From Oikopleura dioica (Eukaryota; Animalia; Chordata): a DNA stretch of 64,000 nucleotides. The stretch's first letter is position 1; each line of letters begins with the position of its first letter. Shown here one piece after another: positions 59,258-64,000 of this stretch. Where the stretch lies: NCBI GenBank assembly GCA_907165135.1, contig OU015568.1, forward strand, positions 14,136,001 to 14,200,000, given 5' to 3'. Below the pieces are notes generated by a model, which did not search any database, had not been told where the DNA came from, and saw only the letters and a program-made list of their open reading frames with translations. The translations under genes and the position numbers were made by a program.

Positions 59258-59886
59258 ATTCGGCAGAATTCAAAATTTGCGATTTCAGAAATACGGGATT
59301 TTCAGAAATTTAGGACTTTAAAAATACGGGATTTTGGGAATTTCCCATTTCAAATGCGGGAGTCAAAAAGGGATGGCAGGCGCGCTGAGTTTTTCCTTTT
59401 GCGCCTTCTTCAAATTTGCAACGATTCATTTTTTCAATTTCATTTTTCAAATTCCTTTCAAGTCGCCAAATAAGAAAAACTCATTGAAATGTCAATTATT
59501 GCAGTTTCAAATTCATTTCAAAACTCCGCACGAATCTTTATCTTTTGAAAACGCTTTTTTTTCATTTTCAATAGGTTTCATCCATTGCATCGGCTTTTTC
59601 CTGCAATTTCAATTGAAATTTCAATTTTTGAAACGATGAAATAAATGATTCGACAGTTTTGAAATAATGATTTGATATCAAAATATCCACCCCTGTTTTG
59701 AAAGCTGAGGTAGAGAGTCGCCACTATCGGTTGGTTGAGGAGAGTCAGCAAGATTGATTGCGTAAGTGGCGCTGTGGGGACGAAATACGCTTCATTTCAA
59801 ATAGAGAAAAAATCCGCAGAGAGACTCTGAGTCACTGACAGTGCGCTATTTTTGTTCTTTAGGGAAGACAGAAGAAAATAAGAAAA

Positions 59887-60893
59887 ATGGATAAGGAGGC
59901 CAATGACTTGAGTTTACCGTCGTATGTATCCCCGAGCGGGCATACATTCTTCTTTGGGCCAGTCAACAAAGGAAATGCTTACAATATAATTTATTCTTGA
60001 AAATAAATACATAGTATGTAACTGGTAACTATTATATGAACAATAAAGGTATGCAATAAACAGGCCAGTATGCGCGAGAACATCAAGGTCAACTCTACTG
60101 GAATCCTTTCTTCGAGATTTTCCTCTACCTCCACGACGAGAATGGAAACCAAACAGATCGACTGGTTAAAGTGAGGTTCATTCTTCAGTCTTCTGTTGCT
60201 GATCCCTACAGGAAAAGGTCCATCTGCGGTTGAAAATAAATGCAAAATCTTCGAAAATCGACCGATTTAAAAGCGTTGATGCCACTGACTTCGTTGCCTT
60301 CGATCCTCGAGAGCACTTTCTTCTTCGCGATATTTGGTGTTCAACAAATGAGCCGGAAATCAACGAGGTAAATTTTCATGTTATCAAAATTATATCATTG
60401 CTCAAGGTCGAGAAAAGAGTTATCTTCTGTTTTCACGAAGATCAGTACCAGAATCTTTTGGCCGCAGGTTATCCTCTTCATCAGATCATCGGATTTGAGG
60501 AACATTTCGGAGGTAATACGACCATTTTTTTATCAAAGAGGATCATTCAACATTTCAAGAGATCATCGAGGACGGGCCAGTAAAAGAGATGCTTCGACAA
60601 GAATTTTCGTTCTTCAAGGAACTGGTACATACTGTCTCCACTCGACGAAAGGTTGCAAATAAAATTAACTGAATTTCTTCGAAGATCTTTTCAAGGCATG
60701 GAAGCTCTTTGATCCTCTTTGCGAAATAGACGACTCGTACGCACACCTGAAATACCAATTCCAGCGCCGCACGACCCACAAGGCCGATCGAAAATTCAAG
60801 AAGATCCTGAACGGAATCATTGACAAGCACTTCACCAATGACTTTCTCTCCCTGAAGCCAATCTTTGCTCCTGCTGTCGAGAATTCTACCTGA
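59887..60893 (+). CDS. Uncharacterised spliced protein
   Basis: A chain of phase-compatible exons separated by about 40-nt GT-AG introns ends ...KPIFAPAVENST* at 60893; the 5' junction is uncertain; no family recognised. Confidence 0.55.
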
Positions 60894-61096
60894 AATACTA
60901 CCGCTCCATCAAAAAATCTTCTGCCATCTGTAATCCATCGAGTTGTCACGATGCTGCTCATTTTGAATTATTGAAAATTTTTTTATTGCCACCAATGCTC
61001 GATATTTCCCAAAATTAACTGCCCTTCAATTTACTAGAACCTGCCAGATAGATATTCAAATAAATATTAATTTTAAGCTTATAGTTTTGTCCTTTT

Positions 61097-63167
61097 TTAT
61101 TGTTCTTTTTGAGAGCGTAAATATTGCACAGCTTCAATAATCTTGCTCCAGTTCGCAAAGCAGCTATTTTTGTCTCCTTTAGCGCAGTTTTCAGAGAGTA
61201 GAAAGACTTTATCCCAGAACTCGCAAATATTTTTCTTTGCTGGTTCAACAGAGCTGAAATAAAAATAGATAATTTCGCTCTTTTAATAAATTACCTGTCT
61301 GGCTCTGTCAAAATCAGATTTTGAAAGGATCCTCCGTTAGAATTTTTTAATCCGGTGTCTTCGGACTTGATAAAATTGGTTATTGTGCTTCTTATTCTCT
61401 TCGCCGCTTGCTTCTGATTCTCCGTGTCAAGGGGAATCTTTCCGAAGAAATATCCAGTGTCAGTGCAATGGCAAGCCTTTTCTTCGCAGTTACCCTTAGA
61501 TATTTAGTATTAGTTTATATGGATATTTTTGTCTTTACCCATTGATAATCTCTTGACCAATGTTTATAAGCTTTTGGAGATACTGCGTCAAAGATGTACA
61601 TAAATGATTCCGCTTGATCCTCAAGTAATCGTCTGGATCCACAATCGAAAATCGCGTCTTGCTCAATCTTCAGTAGCTGATCTCTGTTGTCTCCAATCGG
61701 TGGGTAAAGAGTCTTTTTGTGGGTTAACCTCAAATATTTTCACGATAAAATGAGTAACCCTTTATAACCCTTAGCAATAGTTCCGGAGCTAAATTTTTGC
61801 CAAATAAAAGTCTTGCAGCAGTCATGTAATATTCATCCGGAATTGGGCGACTTTCGAAGATCATGTTCAAAAAAGTTACCGGTTCATCCGCGTTTATACC
61901 GATCATCGTTGGGATGTCTTGTTGGAATCTGTTTCGGAACGGGTTAAAAGCGGTTATATTGTCGGCAATTGGGGCAAATGGCGTACCAAAGAGAGCATTG
62001 ACAGTCAAATCCATCAAATAAGGATTCGTCGAGGATGATACAGCCTGAGCGACTTCATCTGTCGTCAGTTTTTGGAAACATGAAAGCTTGGAGCAGCCAC
62101 TGGCGTTGATAATTTTGGAATTGAAAGCGACGATGTCTTCAACCGTTCGCATGTACAAATTCATTGGCGGACATTGAATCACTGCTTTTTGGTAGAATGG
62201 CCAGCCAGATGCTCTCATATAAACCGGTGCTTCATCAGAAAGAAGTGTAGCAACTGTTAGTCCTCCAGCAGAATTTCCCATTACAGTTATTTGTTCTTTA
62301 TCTCCGCCGAAACGGTGAATATTCGCGTAGATTGTCTTCAGTGCCAATCTTACATCTTGCAAGGCGAAATTTCCCTGCTCAAAATGCCCAATGTTTTCAC
62401 TTCGATCTCGCCCAAGATACCCAAAGCCGTAGATCCCGAGACGATATTGAATTGAAACGACGATGATGTTTTCTTTTCTCGCGACATCGTCACCAACTGT
62501 CTCATACCTCGATGCATTTCCACTAAGGAAGCTTCCGCCGTGAATAAAGACTAGAACTGGCAGTTTCTCAGTTTTTTCTTTTTTATCTGGAGCCCAAATG
62601 TTCATGTACAAGCAGTCTTCAGATCGTTTTTCATCGGAAAAATCAACGCCAAAGTTTTCCTGCATTAGCTGCTCAACTCCAGATAGGCAGCCGGGTTTCG
62701 ATTCCGTTGCGGAGAAATCATCACTCAGTTTGAGTTTTTATTTGTAATTTTTGAATCCTGAAAAAACTCAAACTGTCCTGTTTGCGTTTTCACTCCACAT
62801 AGGATGGGGAACCGGAGGCCGAAGTCTCCTATCGCCAGTTGGCGGCAATGCGTATGGAATTCCCAAATAGGAGGTCAGGCCATCTTCGGTTATGCCATTC
62901 ATAGGGATTGTTTCGGAAGCTTGGTTGTTTGAAGTTCTTTTACCAAATTTTCTTGAAAAGGGAAATGCAAGTGCAAGACCAACACATGCTAATGCAAGAA
63001 CTTTGAAGGTTTGCTATCTGAACAAATTAAATATATTATTTTAATAATTATTTAAAAACCTTTCCTATAATAAACGCATCTTTCCATTTCGAAGAATTTC
63101 TTTCTGATTTTTCATTATTTTCTTTCACTTGAATATCTCCCGCAATAAATGAACTCTCTTCCGTCAT
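61097..63167 (-). CDS. Type-B carboxylesterase/cholinesterase-family enzyme with an N-terminal membrane anchor
   Basis: YLGIPYALPPTGDRR, SEDCLYMNIW, VLVFIHGGSF, QYRLGIYGF, FGGDKEQITVMGNSAGG (Ser), GINADE (Glu), ACHCTDTGYFFG (His), C-terminal CEFWD. Confidence 0.92.
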
Positions 63168-64000
63168 ATTTTTTTAATGAATCGTTACCACTCAAAATGC
63201 TGGTTTTATGTCGATTCCAGTGCAGTAATTTTTTATTTGCTACCGATGGACCTTGCACTACAAATATCGTGATTCACGACAGACAAATTGGCTTTTTGCA
63301 AAATCAGCGAATTCCGAATTGATCATGGAGTCTTGATTCACAAAGAGTATGAATAATAAAGTACTCAATTGATCATGAAAAAACATAATTAGGGTTTCAA
63401 TCGGGAAAACGGGAAGGAGGATGGTTTTAATTAATTCACCAGCGCGTTCCTACTAGTCAGCACAATTTGTTCTGATTCCGACGGTCGAAGACCATTTGGC
63501 ACGATATGGCAGTTAATGAACTGTATCGCACGAAGAAAAGTTCGCCCGTAGACGAATACGTACGAGTACGAAGCAAATAGATAATTAACCTTCATTGGTA
63601 GTTTGATCCCTTCCACAAGGCTTCTGTTGCCAAGAAAGGATTACCATACACTCGTTTGCTTACTAATCGATCATATCCGTCTAAACCGCGACTCAGTTTA
63701 GTAAGTTTGCTTACTGTCGGAGTATCAAACATACTTTTCTTATCTTAAATTGTTTCTGAAAAGGTTTTTCTTGAAACAGAGAGAAAATCATCAATGCTGA
63801 GAGAAGCTGCAACACTGCCGGAAAGACTTATACACCATGGAACGGAACTCAGTCCTGCTTGGCTTTGTTTTCTTCCTCTTTTGTTAATTTTCTACAGGTT
63901 AAAATGATCTTATTTCTTTCCTATATTTTTTTAGTTTGTGGGTTTGCTGCAAATCAGCGAGGCTAGACAGAGCAGAAGGTCTGCGCAAACACATGGCAAA

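Larger units (their letters stand above)
56814..59695. mobile_element. hAT-type non-autonomous element (2.9 kb) containing nested elements
   Basis: 37-bp TIRs CAGGGGTGGATATTTTGATATCAAATCATTATTTCAA; exact 8-bp TSD TTTTGAAA on both sides; TTTCAA-rich subtermini; no transposase ORF. Confidence 0.88.

Noticed and set aside
63400-64000. Partial gene at the window end
   Set aside because: Frames contain stops and no recognisable domain.
1-64000. Prokaryotic or viral origin; rRNA, tRNA or SL-RNA genes
   Set aside because: Pervasive spliceosomal introns and metazoan gene families; no T-loop/cloverleaf, rRNA or spliced-leader sequence was recognised by eye (a tRNAscan/Infernal run would be decisive).

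Overview
Compact eukaryotic genomic DNA with many 35-75 nt spliceosomal introns, several of which must use non-canonical GA-AG or GC-AG ends. This style matches the larvacean tunicate Oikopleura (inference from gene style, not from a database match). About 23 spliced protein-coding genes were reconstructed by hand; CDS coordinates are first-to-last coding base, introns included. In order: alpha/beta-hydrolase-like protein, secreted EGF/Thr-rich/CBM2-like protein, astacin-LDLa protease, acidic eLOTUS protein, TMEM65, FoxI, an unknown membrane protein, a TRPM-like channel, a PARP locus, a coiled-coil protein, two tandem small secreted peptides, a Tctex1-domain protein, PDK, ACOT13-like, SLC33A1, SSUH2-like, SLC15A (with a nested antisense gene), an NCX exchanger, an unknown gene and a carboxylesterase. 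Non-autonomous DNA transposons include one piggyBac-type MITE and several hAT-type elements, some nested. The most notable candidate system is a PARP gene with a ZNFX1/NF-X1-like Cys-rich N-terminus and two tandem intact catalytic modules that appear to be alternative 3' ends, lying directly upstream of a TRPM channel. Other notable features are an NCX carrying ten extracellular TSP3-like Ca2+-binding repeats, a Tudor-less eLOTUS protein and a candidate cellulose-binding secreted protein. Three single-base homopolymer frameshifts in otherwise intact genes may be assembly errors. No rRNA, tRNA or CRISPR array was recognised.
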